64,000 nt of DNA, taken from the NCBI GenBank assembly GCA_002011125.2, contig MTMF02000009.1:776989-840988 (forward strand), in the 5' to 3' direction. Shown here one piece after another: positions 38,367 through 48,600 of this stretch. This DNA comes from Candidatus Hydrothermarchaeum profundi. GTDB lineage: Archaea; Hydrothermarchaeota; Hydrothermarchaeia; Hydrothermarchaeales; Hydrothermarchaeaceae. How positions within the stretch are numbered: position 1 is the stretch's first letter; the number at the start of each line of letters is the position of its first letter. Made by a program: the position numbers and the translations under genes. The notes beneath the pieces are model-generated. The model was given only the letters and a program-made list of their open reading frames with translations. It ran no database searches and was not told the origin of the DNA.

Positions 38367-38636
38367 ATGGAAATCAGGATTAAGTGGACTAGGAAGGCCG
38401 AGCAGCATATTGCCAAGCATGGGCTAACTAAGTCGCAAGTTGACAAGGCCATTGAAGGAAGATTTGTTATACTCCGAACACGGTATAACCGTTATAAGAT
38501 CCTGTGCAAATATGAAGGCAGGATAATAGCTGTGATCACTGAGCCGTACAAGAGCAGGGAGTTCAACATGAAGGGAATCACGGCAAGGGATGCCGATGAT
38601 AAAGAGAAAAGACTATATAAAAAGAAGGTGAAATAG
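38367..38636 (+). CDS. BrnT/DUF4258-like toxin
   Basis: WT....HIAKHGL, ITARDAD.KE.RLY motifs. Confidence 0.75.
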   Translation: MEIRIKWTRKAEQHIAKHGLTKSQVDKAIEGRFVILRTRYNRYKILCKYEGRIIAVITEPYKSREFNMKGITARDADDKEKRLYKKKVK

Positions 38637-38642
38637 TCTACT

Positions 38643-38795
38643 ATGCCATGTAAAAAGAAAAAAATCACCTGGGAGGATATAGAAAAACTCAAGGTCGGAG
38701 AAAGCTTAGTAGGACCGGCTGGAACATTTGAAAACGTATGGCCTGAAGAAAGGCCTAAAAAGAAGAAGCCCCGGATAGGCATGTCAGATGTCTAA
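38643..38795 (+). CDS. Small putative antitoxin (50 aa)
   Basis: ORF directly after the toxin, preceded by AGGTGA; below the ORF-track cutoff. Confidence 0.45.
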   Translation: MPCKKKKITWEDIEKLKVGESLVGPAGTFENVWPEERPKKKKPRIGMSDV

Positions 38796-39161
38796 AAAAT
38801 TTTTTTGCGATAAGAACATGGCAAATTTCCCATTCATGTTAAAATCATTTTTTATACATTAAAAGGAGCAAGATTTAAGCTTATTTTTTTTATGTAACTA
38901 AAAAACATAGACCGAAAGAAGATGTAGAAAATAGGTAAAAAATGCCCTTTTTCTCTGATAAAAATTAATAAAGATTCTTTATTTAAGTTAAAAGAGCATA
39001 TTACTCCCCATACTCAGTTAGTAGGAACATCCACAGAGGTATTAGAAGTATAACATTCCCATAATTTTCTCTTTTTTGGAGTAGGTCTTTTGTTATAACA
39101 ATACCATCTGTTTTAAATTCTTTACAAAAATTAATTAAGCCTCCATTATGTTGGAAAAAAA

Positions 39162-39746
39162 TTAACTCATATTTAAGGAGGCTATATAAAGCCTGTAAAT
39201 AGCGGTAGCATTTGATATTAGACCGAGAAATATTAGCCCAACATATACCTGATCTAAAAGAGTGAAAATTATAAGCAAAAGCAGGCGCTCAGATCTAGCT
39301 CCGAGACCAACATCAAGATCTAATCCTTCTTTCTCCGCTCTTGCCCTAGTATAGCTCACCATTACGAAGCCTGTAATTGTTAGCATAGCCAGTATATAGG
39401 GGGATATCGGTAAGACCTGTGTCGAGTAGATATCTAGGTATACGGCGGCCCCTAACACTATCGCAGCATCAGCATACCTATCCAAAATGCTATCCAGAAA
39501 AGCACCCCATTCTGACCGGCGTCCACTTATCCTCGCTAGTTCGCCGTCAACGCCGTCTATCAAGCCATTAAAGAAAATAGATAACGCAGCTGGAACTAAA
39601 CTGCCCTTATAGTAAAAGTAGATTGATGAAAAGGCAAAAAATAGAGCGATGAGAGATGCAGCATTAGGCCCTACTCCTATCCTATTTAAAAACAATGCAA
39701 TTAGCCTTACGACCGGATTAAATAGCCCTCTTAATCTAAATCTCAT
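39162..39746 (-). CDS. CDP-alcohol phosphatidyltransferase (AIP-synthase/PgsA-like)
   Basis: DGVDGELAR...GAFLDSILDRYAD; SYTRARAE. Confidence 0.92.
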   Translation of the reverse strand: MRFRLRGLFNPVVRLIALFLNRIGVGPNAASLIALFFAFSSIYFYYKGSLVPAALSIFFNGLIDGVDGELARISGRRSEWGAFLDSILDRYADAAIVLGAAVYLDIYSTQVLPISPYILAMLTITGFVMVSYTRARAEKEGLDLDVGLGARSERLLLLIIFTLLDQVYVGLIFLGLISNATAIYRLYIASLNMS

Positions 39747-40390
39747 AAACCGTCTCCAAAAATTCTCCTCGCGGCTTCAAGATCCTCAGGGGTATCCACA
39801 TCCACTATAGCGTAATCAGATAGCGACACCGCGTTAACCTCGATACCAGTTTTAATGCAATATTCAAGGAAGCCTTTCAGCGAGGAAGTATTTAAAGAAG
39901 CCCTCTTAGCAATATCAAATATCCTTGGATCTAGAACAGCTATGCCAGTAGAATAATATCCTCCACAGCCTATTTTTTTGACCCTGCTTTTATCTATGTC
40001 TACCTCTGTGGAGCTTTCTCTATCTATTACTCCGAGAGTAAAGATTCCCTCAGACTCTGATATCAACTTCTTAATCCCTTGGCTATCTATCAAAACATCA
40101 CATGGGTTAAAAACAAAGGGCTCCGAAATATATTTTTCAACACTTAGTAAGGAGTATAGACTACCTTTATCGTAGTGTGGATTACCGACAAATAATATCT
40201 CTCGACTATCGAGCCGTTTCTTAACATCCTCTGCCCTGAAGCCTACCACTACTGTAATTTTCTCTATTCCAGCTCTTTTAAGCCCTTTTATTACATGAGA
40301 AATCAAAGGCTCGCCTCCGATTTGTGCCAAGGCCTTAGGCGATACGGGTAATCTTCTACCATATCCGGCGGCAGGAATCACAGCTTCCAT
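39743..40390 (-). CDS. Nucleotidyltransferase (IPCT/LicC-like)
   Basis: AAGYGRRL, PKAL and DVDTPEDL motifs. Confidence 0.85.
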   Translation of the reverse strand: MEAVIPAAGYGRRLPVSPKALAQIGGEPLISHVIKGLKRAGIEKITVVVGFRAEDVKKRLDSREILFVGNPHYDKGSLYSLLSVEKYISEPFVFNPCDVLIDSQGIKKLISESEGIFTLGVIDRESSTEVDIDKSRVKKIGCGGYYSTGIAVLDPRIFDIAKRASLNTSSLKGFLEYCIKTGIEVNAVSLSDYAIVDVDTPEDLEAARRIFGDGL

Positions 40391-40440
40391 GAGAATACAT
40401 AATGATAAAATATTATAATCATTTTGGCCAACACTTAACT

Positions 40441-41184
40441 ATGAAATTTAAATGCTTTATTTTAGATCTTGACGGAGTAGTCTACAAGGGTAATGAACTC
40501 ATAGAGGGGGCCGATGAGAGAATATCTAAGATAAAGAAAAAAGCTGAAGTCTACTTTCTAACCAACAATTCTACTCTCAGCAGTGAGGACTATGTCGCTA
40601 AGCTGAGGAAACTAGGAATATCTGCGGAAGAAAAAGAAATCATAACCTCGGGATATGCGGCGGCATGGTACATAAGGAAAAACATTCCAAATCCAAGGGC
40701 CTATGTGATTGGTGAAGAGGGACTAGTTAAAGAGTTGAGAAAACAGTGGATCGATGTTGGGCATAGAAACTGCAATGTCGTAGTAGTAGGTTTAGACAGA
40801 GGATTTACCTATGCAAAACTTGCTTGGGCCATGAAGCTAATATTAGATGGAGCAGAATTTATAGCCACCAACACAGATAGGAGACTTATAACTGAAAAAG
40901 CACTACTCCCTGGGGGAGGGGTCATTGTTAAAGCGGTTGAAGAAGCATCTGGTAAAAAGCCTATTGTCGTAGGTAAGCCCTCTGATATAATGGCTAAAAT
41001 TATTCTAGAAAAAGTTAAAGCAAAACCCGAGGAAGTACTTTTAATAGGCGATAGACTTGAAACTGATATCGCTATGGGTAAAAAGATGGGAATGAAAACA
41101 GCTCTAGTTCTCACCGGACATACTAGGCGAGAGGACGTAGAAAAAAGCAGTATTAAGCCAGACTATATACTTGATAAACTCTAG
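40441..41184 (+). CDS. HAD subfamily IIA phosphatase (NagD-like)
   Basis: DLDGV, LTNNS, GKP and GDRLETDI motifs. Confidence 0.93.
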   Translation: MKFKCFILDLDGVVYKGNELIEGADERISKIKKKAEVYFLTNNSTLSSEDYVAKLRKLGISAEEKEIITSGYAAAWYIRKNIPNPRAYVIGEEGLVKELRKQWIDVGHRNCNVVVVGLDRGFTYAKLAWAMKLILDGAEFIATNTDRRLITEKALLPGGGVIVKAVEEASGKKPIVVGKPSDIMAKIILEKVKAKPEEVLLIGDRLETDIAMGKKMGMKTALVLTGHTRREDVEKSSIKPDYILDKL

Positions 41185-42131
41185 ACCTTAAAGCATGCGA
41201 CATAATGCCCTGCTCCAACTTCAATCATCTCAGGTTCCTCTGTCCTGCATCTATCTGAGGCTTCACTACACTGCGCCCAGAAACGACATCCTTTTATAAC
41301 TCGCCTAGGAATCGCTGGAGGGAAAGTCCTCTTTTTTCTTCTCTGTGGATCTGGAATAGGAATAGCCTCAAGCAGCATCCTGGTGTAGGGATGTAAAGGA
41401 TTTCTAAAGATTTCCTCTGTATCCGTCATCTCCATTACCTTCCCCAGATACATAACGACTACTCTATCACAGGTATTCCTTATCACAGAGAGATTATGAG
41501 CTATAAAGAGATAGGAAAGGTTAAAGCTCTTCTGAAGTTTCATAAAAAGATTCAATACCTGTGCTTGAACAGAAATATCGAGGGCGGACACAGGCTCGTC
41601 AGCAATTATTAGCCTCGGCTTAACTGCCAATGCTCTTGCTATGCCTATCCTCTGCTTCTGTCCTCCACTGAACTCATGCGGATACCTCCTCATGTGCTCT
41701 CGCTCCAAGCCAACTGCATCGAAAAGCTCCTCTACCCGTCTTCTTCTTTCCTCAGGGTCTCTAACTCCATGGATAATCAAGGGCTCCTCAACGGCATCTC
41801 CAACCGTCATCCTAGGATCTAGAGAAGCATGAGGGTCCTGGAATATCATCTGAACTTCTTTTCTATATTCCCTCTCCTCATTTTTGCTCAGGGAGTTTAT
41901 GTCCCTACCACGGTAGATTACCCTGCCACCAGTTGGCTTCTCCAGCTTAACAATGGCCTTTGCAATAGTTGTCTTCCCGCATCCACTCTCACCTACTAGA
42001 CCAAGGCTCTCTCCGTCCATTATTTTAAAACATACTCCATCAACCGCCTTCACTTCTCCAATGCGCTTAGAAAGCAAACCAGAAGTAATCGGATAATACA
42101 CCCGTAGGTTAATGACTTCGAGAAGACTCAT
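41181..42131 (-). CDS. oppF: Peptide ABC transporter ATP-binding protein
   Basis: GESGCGKTT, SGGQKQR, DEPVSALD and HPYT motifs. Confidence 0.92.
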   Translation of the reverse strand: MSLLEVINLRVYYPITSGLLSKRIGEVKAVDGVCFKIMDGESLGLVGESGCGKTTIAKAIVKLEKPTGGRVIYRGRDINSLSKNEEREYRKEVQMIFQDPHASLDPRMTVGDAVEEPLIIHGVRDPEERRRRVEELFDAVGLEREHMRRYPHEFSGGQKQRIGIARALAVKPRLIIADEPVSALDISVQAQVLNLFMKLQKSFNLSYLFIAHNLSVIRNTCDRVVVMYLGKVMEMTDTEEIFRNPLHPYTRMLLEAIPIPDPQRRKKRTFPPAIPRRVIKGCRFWAQCSEASDRCRTEEPEMIEVGAGHYVACFKV

Positions 42132-43114
42132 TTTCCCCCTCCATATAGATAGCATGCCACGGTATGAGTATCCGACACAGGGTATTCTTTGGGTATATCC
42201 TTATCACAGGGCTCGAATTTATATCTACATCTAGGGTGAAATACGCAGCCCTTAGGAGGGTCTATCATGCTAGGAATAGTTCCTGGTATGTATGGGAACT
42301 CTTTTTTAGCTTTCATTGTAGTTGGAAGACACTCAAAAAGACCCCTCGTATAGGGATGCAAGGGCTTATCAAATATCTCGTTAACCACGCCTCTCTCCAT
42401 TATCTTTCCTGCATACATTACCACAACCTTATCTGCTATCTCAGCGACGATTCCGAGGTCATGAGTAATAAAAAGAATAGAGAGGCCCTTATCCTTTAAT
42501 TCTTTGAAAATCTCCAGTATCTGTGCCTGCACCGTAACATCTAGAGCAGAAGTAGGCTCATCTGCGATTATAATCTCAGGACCACAGGATAAAGCCATTG
42601 CTATCATCGCCCTCTGCCTCATTCCCCCTGAGAACTGGTGGGGATACTCGTTTACTCTCCTTTCAGCCTCCGGAATTCCGACATCGTTTAAAAGTTCAAT
42701 GGCTCTCTTCTTAGCCTCACTTTTCTTCATCTTCTTATGTTGGATTATTTGCTCGATAATTTGATCTCCTATTTTTAGCACAGGGTTCAAAGAAGACTGT
42801 GGGTCCTGGAATATCATAGCTATCCTGCCTCCCCTAATTTGTAAAAGCTCTTTCTCTGGTAGGGTTAGCAGGTTTTTTCCATTGAATAATATCTCGCCAT
42901 CAACTATTCTAGCTGGAGGGCTATCCAACAGTCTCAATATGGATAAAGCAACTGTAGATTTTCCAGACCCAGATTCCCCTACTAGGCAGAGACATTCTCC
43001 CCTATCTAGCGTGAAACTAACCCCATCAACTGCCCTAACAATACCGCTCTCCGTATAGAAATAGGCTTTAAGCCCCCTCACGCTAAGCAGCTCATTTGGT
43101 AGGGTCAAAGGCAT
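42128..43114 (-). CDS. oppD: Peptide ABC transporter ATP-binding protein
   Basis: GESGSGKS, SGGMRQR and DEPTSALD motifs. Confidence 0.92.
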   Translation of the reverse strand: MPLTLPNELLSVRGLKAYFYTESGIVRAVDGVSFTLDRGECLCLVGESGSGKSTVALSILRLLDSPPARIVDGEILFNGKNLLTLPEKELLQIRGGRIAMIFQDPQSSLNPVLKIGDQIIEQIIQHKKMKKSEAKKRAIELLNDVGIPEAERRVNEYPHQFSGGMRQRAMIAMALSCGPEIIIADEPTSALDVTVQAQILEIFKELKDKGLSILFITHDLGIVAEIADKVVVMYAGKIMERGVVNEIFDKPLHPYTRGLFECLPTTMKAKKEFPYIPGTIPSMIDPPKGCVFHPRCRYKFEPCDKDIPKEYPVSDTHTVACYLYGGGK

Positions 43115-43994
43115 CCCTCAAACCATCTCCTAAAAAGTTAAAGGCCAGCACCGTTAGAAATAACAGTATACCCGGCTCAACAGCCACCCACCACGTAGTA
43201 TCAAGAGAATCCTGACCAGCATTAAGAATTCTGCCCCAGCTAGCAACCGATGGGTCACCTAGTCCTATAAAGCTTAGTGCCGCCTCTGCAAGTATTACTC
43301 CTGGAATGGATATCGTAGCGGTAACGATAATAATACTCAGAACATTCGGTATTAAATGCCTGAAAATTATACGCTTATTACTACTTCCAAGAACAATTAG
43401 AGCTTGAATAAATTCTCTTGTCCTCAATGAAAGAGCCTCGCTCCTAACCATCCTCGCTGTACCCGTCCACCCGGTTAACCCTATTACCACTATTATGAGA
43501 TTCAAGCTAGGACCGAAAATGAAGACTATTAGAACTAAAAGAAGGAAAAAGGGAAAAGTCATCATAATATCTGTGAACCTCATTAGAGCGTTGTCTACGA
43601 CTCCGCCAAAATATGCTGAAGTGACACCTATCACCGAGCCGATGATCAATGCCAGTCCAGTAGCAAGAATACCTACATAGAGAGAGACTCTAGCACCGCT
43701 CACAAGCATCGCAAGGAGGTCTCTGCCCTTGTCATCAGTACCAAGCGGATGCTTAAGTGAGCCTTTCACAACTACCGTAGTAAACTCGCCGCTTTTAATA
43801 TCGTAAACTGAATGTTCTATAGAAAATCCTACGGGAGGAAGGTTTTTCTCTGCAAAGTTAACAGCGTTAGGGTCTCCCGTGAAAAAAGGTCCGAAAATGG
43901 CTACAATAACGAGAATAATTATATAAACTAGCCCGAAAGCCGCCAGCCTGCTTCTCATGGTTCTTTTCCAATAATATTTCACAAGCCTATTCAT
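43092..43994 (-). CDS. oppC: Peptide ABC transporter permease
   Basis: HPLGTD..GRD, RHLIPN and GDGLRDAFDP motifs. Confidence 0.92.
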   Translation of the reverse strand: MNRLVKYYWKRTMRSRLAAFGLVYIIILVIVAIFGPFFTGDPNAVNFAEKNLPPVGFSIEHSVYDIKSGEFTTVVVKGSLKHPLGTDDKGRDLLAMLVSGARVSLYVGILATGLALIIGSVIGVTSAYFGGVVDNALMRFTDIMMTFPFFLLLVLIVFIFGPSLNLIIVVIGLTGWTGTARMVRSEALSLRTREFIQALIVLGSSNKRIIFRHLIPNVLSIIIVTATISIPGVILAEAALSFIGLGDPSVASWGRILNAGQDSLDTTWWVAVEPGILLFLTVLAFNFLGDGLRDAFDPTK

Positions 43995-44967
43995 ACCTAA
44001 TCCTCGGGTCGAGATAGGTGTATGCGATATCAGTTATCAGGTTAAAGAATAAGGTAACCAATGCGCCAATAAGGGTCACAGCAACAACGACCCCATAGTC
44101 ATCAGCGAATATAGCGTTAAAAGATATCTGGCCTAGACCAGGAATACCAAATATTATCTCAGTAAGGTATGCACCTCCGAAGACTACGCCGCTGAGGTCG
44201 AACATTATTATCGTAACCACAGGTAGCATAGCGTTCCTCAACACATGTTTTCCAATAACAACCCTATCTGGCAGCCCTTTGGCTCTGGCGGTTCTGACAA
44301 AATCCTTTCTAAGATTTTCTAGAGTAGAGGCCCTCACATACCTAGTGTAGGCCGCCATAGAACCTGTGCCCAAGGTAATCACTGGCAATACTAACGCCTT
44401 CAAATTTGCCAATGAGAACATGGGTAAAGAGGTGTCATAATAGGTCTTGAACACCCCTAGCTTAACCGAGAACACAAGGATCAGCATTATACCCAGCCAA
44501 AAGTTTGGTATAGAGATTCCGATGAATGAGAAAAACGTGGCTATGTAATCTGCCTTAGTGTATTGTTTAACTGCAGAGTATACCCCTATTAATATACCAA
44601 GAAAAACAGCGAAAAGCATGCTGAGAAGAATAAGCTGAAAAGAATACTTCCAATGGATCTTTATCAGCTCCATCACCGGCATAGAAGTAGAGAAAGACCA
44701 CCCCCAATCTCCATGAAGTAGGCTATTAATATAATCAAGATACTGGATATAAAGAGGCTTATCAAGTCCCTGCCGTGCTTCAACCGCAGCTATAAGCTCC
44801 TCAACGTTTTCCCCCTTCGCAACTAACGTAGCTAAATACTTATCAGCAGGAGAGCTGGGTCCAATGCGAAGTAAAAAAAAGGTAAGGGTGAAGACCCCCC
44901 ATGCTATGAAAATGGCATATATAACTCTTCTAAGAATATATTCCCGCATTGAAGCCTTTCTCGGCAT
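43987..44967 (-). CDS. oppB: Peptide ABC transporter permease
   Basis: GLDKPLY.QY, TARAKGL and YLDPRIR motifs. Confidence 0.92.
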   Translation of the reverse strand: MPRKASMREYILRRVIYAIFIAWGVFTLTFFLLRIGPSSPADKYLATLVAKGENVEELIAAVEARQGLDKPLYIQYLDYINSLLHGDWGWSFSTSMPVMELIKIHWKYSFQLILLSMLFAVFLGILIGVYSAVKQYTKADYIATFFSFIGISIPNFWLGIMLILVFSVKLGVFKTYYDTSLPMFSLANLKALVLPVITLGTGSMAAYTRYVRASTLENLRKDFVRTARAKGLPDRVVIGKHVLRNAMLPVVTIIMFDLSGVVFGGAYLTEIIFGIPGLGQISFNAIFADDYGVVVAVTLIGALVTLFFNLITDIAYTYLDPRIRYE

Positions 44968-44998
44968 AGTAGAATGATAGAATATTAACTAATGAAGT

Positions 44999-46750
44999 CT
45001 ATGCGAAGAACCACTCATGATAGTTATAACCCATACTTATACCCGGCTCGATACCCATAACATTTTTCTGAAAGCCTACATTGCTAGCTGGGAAGGCCAG
45101 GAAGTCCCCAGGAAGTTCCTCAGACAACAGCCTAGAAAGCTCGCCATAAATCCTTCTCCTCTCCGCCTCATCTAAAGCTTCCCTAGTTTTGACTTTCTGG
45201 AATAAAGAATCCACTTCAGGGTTAAAGTAGCCTTCTATATTCAGGCCTCCCTCAGAGCTGAAGAAGGTGCTACTGCCTGAAGGAGCTAAGGGATCGGTAC
45301 TAAAGCCTATAACCAGCAAGTCCCATGGCTTTTCTGAAACTGCGTCTGGGCCGTTATTAAAGGCAGGGGGCTGATCGCTCCCAGGTACCTTATTTCGTAG
45401 GTACTGATTCAACTCGGTAGCCCAAGGCAAAAATTTCAGCTCTACGTCAATACCGATATCAGATAATTCTTGTTTTACTAAGAAACATATAGACTCTCTA
45501 ACTTTGTTCCCAGAGTTAGTGATAATAGTAAGCTTCAGAGGTTCCCCATTCTTGTCCAAGATCCTACCCCCCTCTTGCTCATAGCCTTCTTCAGCAAGAA
45601 TCTCACTGGCTTTTTCCTTATCATACAAGCCACCTACACCATACATGGAGAGTCCCTCTTCCACATACCATGGCGATGGCTTAGGTATGAAGCTAAAGGC
45701 GGGATCAGCGAATCCAAGGTAGATGGATTGTATTAAGGCATCCTTGCTTATTGACATAGCGAGTGCTTGCCTTATCCTCTTATTCTTAAATCCTTCCCAT
45801 CCATTATTCCTAAGATTCCATAGCAACATAGTATAGCTTGCCGTTGGATTAGTGTACACTTTAATATGCTCCATCTCCTTGAATTTCTTCACTTGCAGAG
45901 GATCAATCACTGTGCTGGTTATATCTCCAGCTTCGAGAGCAGCGTGCCTCGCTGCTGGCGTACCAAGTATCTTTACTATGTACTTCTCAAAGTATGGTGC
46001 TCCTGTCTCCTTTCCTAAATAGTAATCAGGATTTCTTTCTAAGACGAATTTATCGTTTCTAACCCATTCTACAAATCTGTAGGGTCCAAGGTTCCCAGTA
46101 TAAGACAGGTTATTTAACTCTTCAGCCTGAGTGAAAGCCTTAAGGTCCCCCTCATATTTCTTCACAATGTGCTTAGGATACGCCCAGAAATCTGTGATAG
46201 TATACAAAAACTCGGGATCAACCGTCTGCCTAATAAACTGATAGGTCGTTTTATTAACAGCTCTAACCTCGACGAATTCCCTCTTACCATCTACATCCTC
46301 CCTATAGTCATCTTTATAGTTAAAAGGCATCCAGTCTGCAAACATGAGGTTCTTATAAGTATAAACAAAGTCCTCCGCAGTAACCTGCTTACCACCAGTC
46401 CAGTACAAGTCGTCTCTCAAGGTTAAAGTGTACACCAGGCCATCATCAGAGACCTCTATAGGCTTAGCAAGCCAGCGTAGAACTATATTTAGGTCATTAT
46501 CATATGCAATAAGGCCATCCATCGTGTAGCCGACATAGCTGAATGAAGCCTGATCAGCAGCGAAGATCCAATTCAAAGTCTCGGCATCCCCTGCAGACGT
46601 ACCTTCTATAAAGGTTCCCTTAACCTGAGGTATAGCAGGCTTCTCAGTTGAAGGCACAGTCTCCTTCTGTAAGCAGCCTAAACTACCAACCATCGCTAAA
46701 GCTCCCGCCTTAGCGCAAAGACGCAAAAATCTACGTCTCGACAATCTCAT
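44999..46750 (-). CDS. oppA: Peptide/nickel ABC substrate-binding lipoprotein, Tat-exported
   Basis: SRRRFL twin-arginine motif, LGC lipobox, VTAEDF and GPY motifs. Confidence 0.9.
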   Translation of the reverse strand: MRLSRRRFLRLCAKAGALAMVGSLGCLQKETVPSTEKPAIPQVKGTFIEGTSAGDAETLNWIFAADQASFSYVGYTMDGLIAYDNDLNIVLRWLAKPIEVSDDGLVYTLTLRDDLYWTGGKQVTAEDFVYTYKNLMFADWMPFNYKDDYREDVDGKREFVEVRAVNKTTYQFIRQTVDPEFLYTITDFWAYPKHIVKKYEGDLKAFTQAEELNNLSYTGNLGPYRFVEWVRNDKFVLERNPDYYLGKETGAPYFEKYIVKILGTPAARHAALEAGDITSTVIDPLQVKKFKEMEHIKVYTNPTASYTMLLWNLRNNGWEGFKNKRIRQALAMSISKDALIQSIYLGFADPAFSFIPKPSPWYVEEGLSMYGVGGLYDKEKASEILAEEGYEQEGGRILDKNGEPLKLTIITNSGNKVRESICFLVKQELSDIGIDVELKFLPWATELNQYLRNKVPGSDQPPAFNNGPDAVSEKPWDLLVIGFSTDPLAPSGSSTFFSSEGGLNIEGYFNPEVDSLFQKVKTREALDEAERRRIYGELSRLLSEELPGDFLAFPASNVGFQKNVMGIEPGISMGYNYHEWFFA

Positions 46751-46754
46751 TTTC

Positions 46755-47627
46755 TCACCTTACTATCTTAGCAATATCTATCTCCAATATATCCTCCGCA
46801 CCCGCATTTTTCAAGCTCGGGATTAATATATTCACATCTTTTTTTGGCACTACTGTTTCTAAGGCATAGTACCCCGAGTTCCATAGTTTCGAGATAGTAG
46901 GTGTTTTCATCGCTGGGAGCATAGATATAACATCTTCTAATTTATCTTCAGGAACATTCATGCTGAGTAAAACCTTTCCTCTAGCCTCAATTACCCCTAG
47001 AAGAAGGGTTCTTATCTCTTCTATAGCTTTTCTCTTCTCCGGATTAGCCCAGGATTCTTTATTCGCAAGCAACTTCGTAGAAGATTCAAGTATAGTCCCT
47101 ATTATCTTAAGCCTATTCTTCCGCAGAGTTGTACCCGTCTCTGTTAGATCTATCACCACATCCATAAGCTCAGGAACTTTAGCCTCAGATGCACCATAAG
47201 AGTAGTATATCTTAACGGGTATCCCTAGCTCCTCGAAATACTTTTTTGTAAGATTAGGAAACTCAGTTGTAATCCTACTGCCAGGCTTAATATCCTTAGG
47301 GCTATCAATGCTCGAGTCTTCTGGGACAGCAACCACTAATCTAACTACTCCTTCGCCAGTCTTACTATACGGGAGGTCAGCGATTACTTCTACATCTGCG
47401 CCGCTTTCCTGCACCCAGTCCCACCCGGAGATACCTAAATCAAAGTATCCCTCCTCCACGTACTTCGGTATTTCCTGCGGCCTCAGAATCTTCACCTTCG
47501 AAATCCTAGGATCATCTATACTGGGATTATAATCCCTAAACCCAACTTTTACTTCAAGATCTGCTTGCTTAAAAAGTAATAATGTCTGCTCCTCAAGGCT
47601 TCCTTTTGGTAGAGCGATACTCAACAT
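46755..47627 (-). CDS. hisG: ATP phosphoribosyltransferase (long form)
   Basis: LPKGSL, RPQEIP, GASEAK and TETGTTLR motifs; C-terminal regulatory domain. Confidence 0.96.
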   Translation of the reverse strand: MLSIALPKGSLEEQTLLLFKQADLEVKVGFRDYNPSIDDPRISKVKILRPQEIPKYVEEGYFDLGISGWDWVQESGADVEVIADLPYSKTGEGVVRLVVAVPEDSSIDSPKDIKPGSRITTEFPNLTKKYFEELGIPVKIYYSYGASEAKVPELMDVVIDLTETGTTLRKNRLKIIGTILESSTKLLANKESWANPEKRKAIEEIRTLLLGVIEARGKVLLSMNVPEDKLEDVISMLPAMKTPTISKLWNSGYYALETVVPKKDVNILIPSLKNAGAEDILEIDIAKIVR

Positions 47628-47669
47628 CGATTCTTACTTCAAATCCCAAATATAAAAAAGCTTTCCGAT

Positions 47670-48584
47670 TTAGAACCACGCAAACCACTCAGGTATCCCC
47701 TCTAATATGATCTTATCTCTCCAGAAAGTTATCCCCTTAACCTTCTCGCTTCTTTTCCATTCATAGGCGTAAATAATATCCTTTACCTTATCCACCTTCC
47801 ACACAGGAGTAAGCTGAGGCTCGGCCTCTTCTATACTGCTTAAATATTTCATCTCGACAGGCACAACGGAGCGTTTAGAAAATATAGGAGCCAAAGAGTT
47901 CCGGAAAGTAAACCACTCATCCCAGTCAGGTACCTCAAGATCAGTTTCTTTCTTATAGTCCTCATAATATAACTTCTCCTTACCCAGCTCAGATGAATAT
48001 GGAGCCGGAGAAGCCTCGATAAGAGCAGCACCTTCAACAACCCACGGGGCGGTAATAAACCCTGGAGAAGATAATTCTAAAGTGAATTCTTGATACCATC
48101 TCACCACTTTAATGCTTGGATTCTCTTTTTCAATTTTCTGAGGGTCTATAGTCCCGCTCCCTCCTATATCATTAACCGTAACCTTGATGATCGCCCCCTC
48201 ATTAGGCTTCAGCCACCATCCATACCTATCCCCTATCTTAATCACATGCTTTATAGGATTACCCGCTTCCGCTGCTCCTCGGCCAGTAAAAACTTCTCCT
48301 CTTCCAAGTAATGATTGCTTATCGTAGGGTAAGCCATAGATCCTCCAAAGGCCAAATTCTCTTACAGCATAGGACTGAGCAAAAGTACCAGAGGCCTCAG
48401 GAGTCCAGCCAGAGGGCAATGCAATGAAAATCTTATTATATCCCCAGTTTTCGATCTTTGCCTCTATCCTTGTGTTAATTTTGCTAATAGATCCATCAGG
48501 CACTTCCAGCATTTCAAATCCAGATTCTGCAGTAACTATCGAGAAACTTAACAACAACGTTAGGGCGAGAATAATCCATTTCAA
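47670..48584 (-). CDS. Secreted hypothetical protein, pilus-locus associated
   Basis: N-terminal signal peptide, Trp-rich; co-oriented downstream of the DUF515 gene. Confidence 0.7.
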   Translation of the reverse strand: MKWIILALTLLLSFSIVTAESGFEMLEVPDGSISKINTRIEAKIENWGYNKIFIALPSGWTPEASGTFAQSYAVREFGLWRIYGLPYDKQSLLGRGEVFTGRGAAEAGNPIKHVIKIGDRYGWWLKPNEGAIIKVTVNDIGGSGTIDPQKIEKENPSIKVVRWYQEFTLELSSPGFITAPWVVEGAALIEASPAPYSSELGKEKLYYEDYKKETDLEVPDWDEWFTFRNSLAPIFSKRSVVPVEMKYLSSIEEAEPQLTPVWKVDKVKDIIYAYEWKRSEKVKGITFWRDKIILEGIPEWFAWF

Positions 48585-48600
48585 TTCTACCGCCTTAGCC

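Noticed and set aside
38800-39160. AT-rich 360-bp intergenic gap as a possible ncRNA or replication origin
   Set aside because: No stable structure, ORB-like repeats or adjacent cdc6 gene were seen
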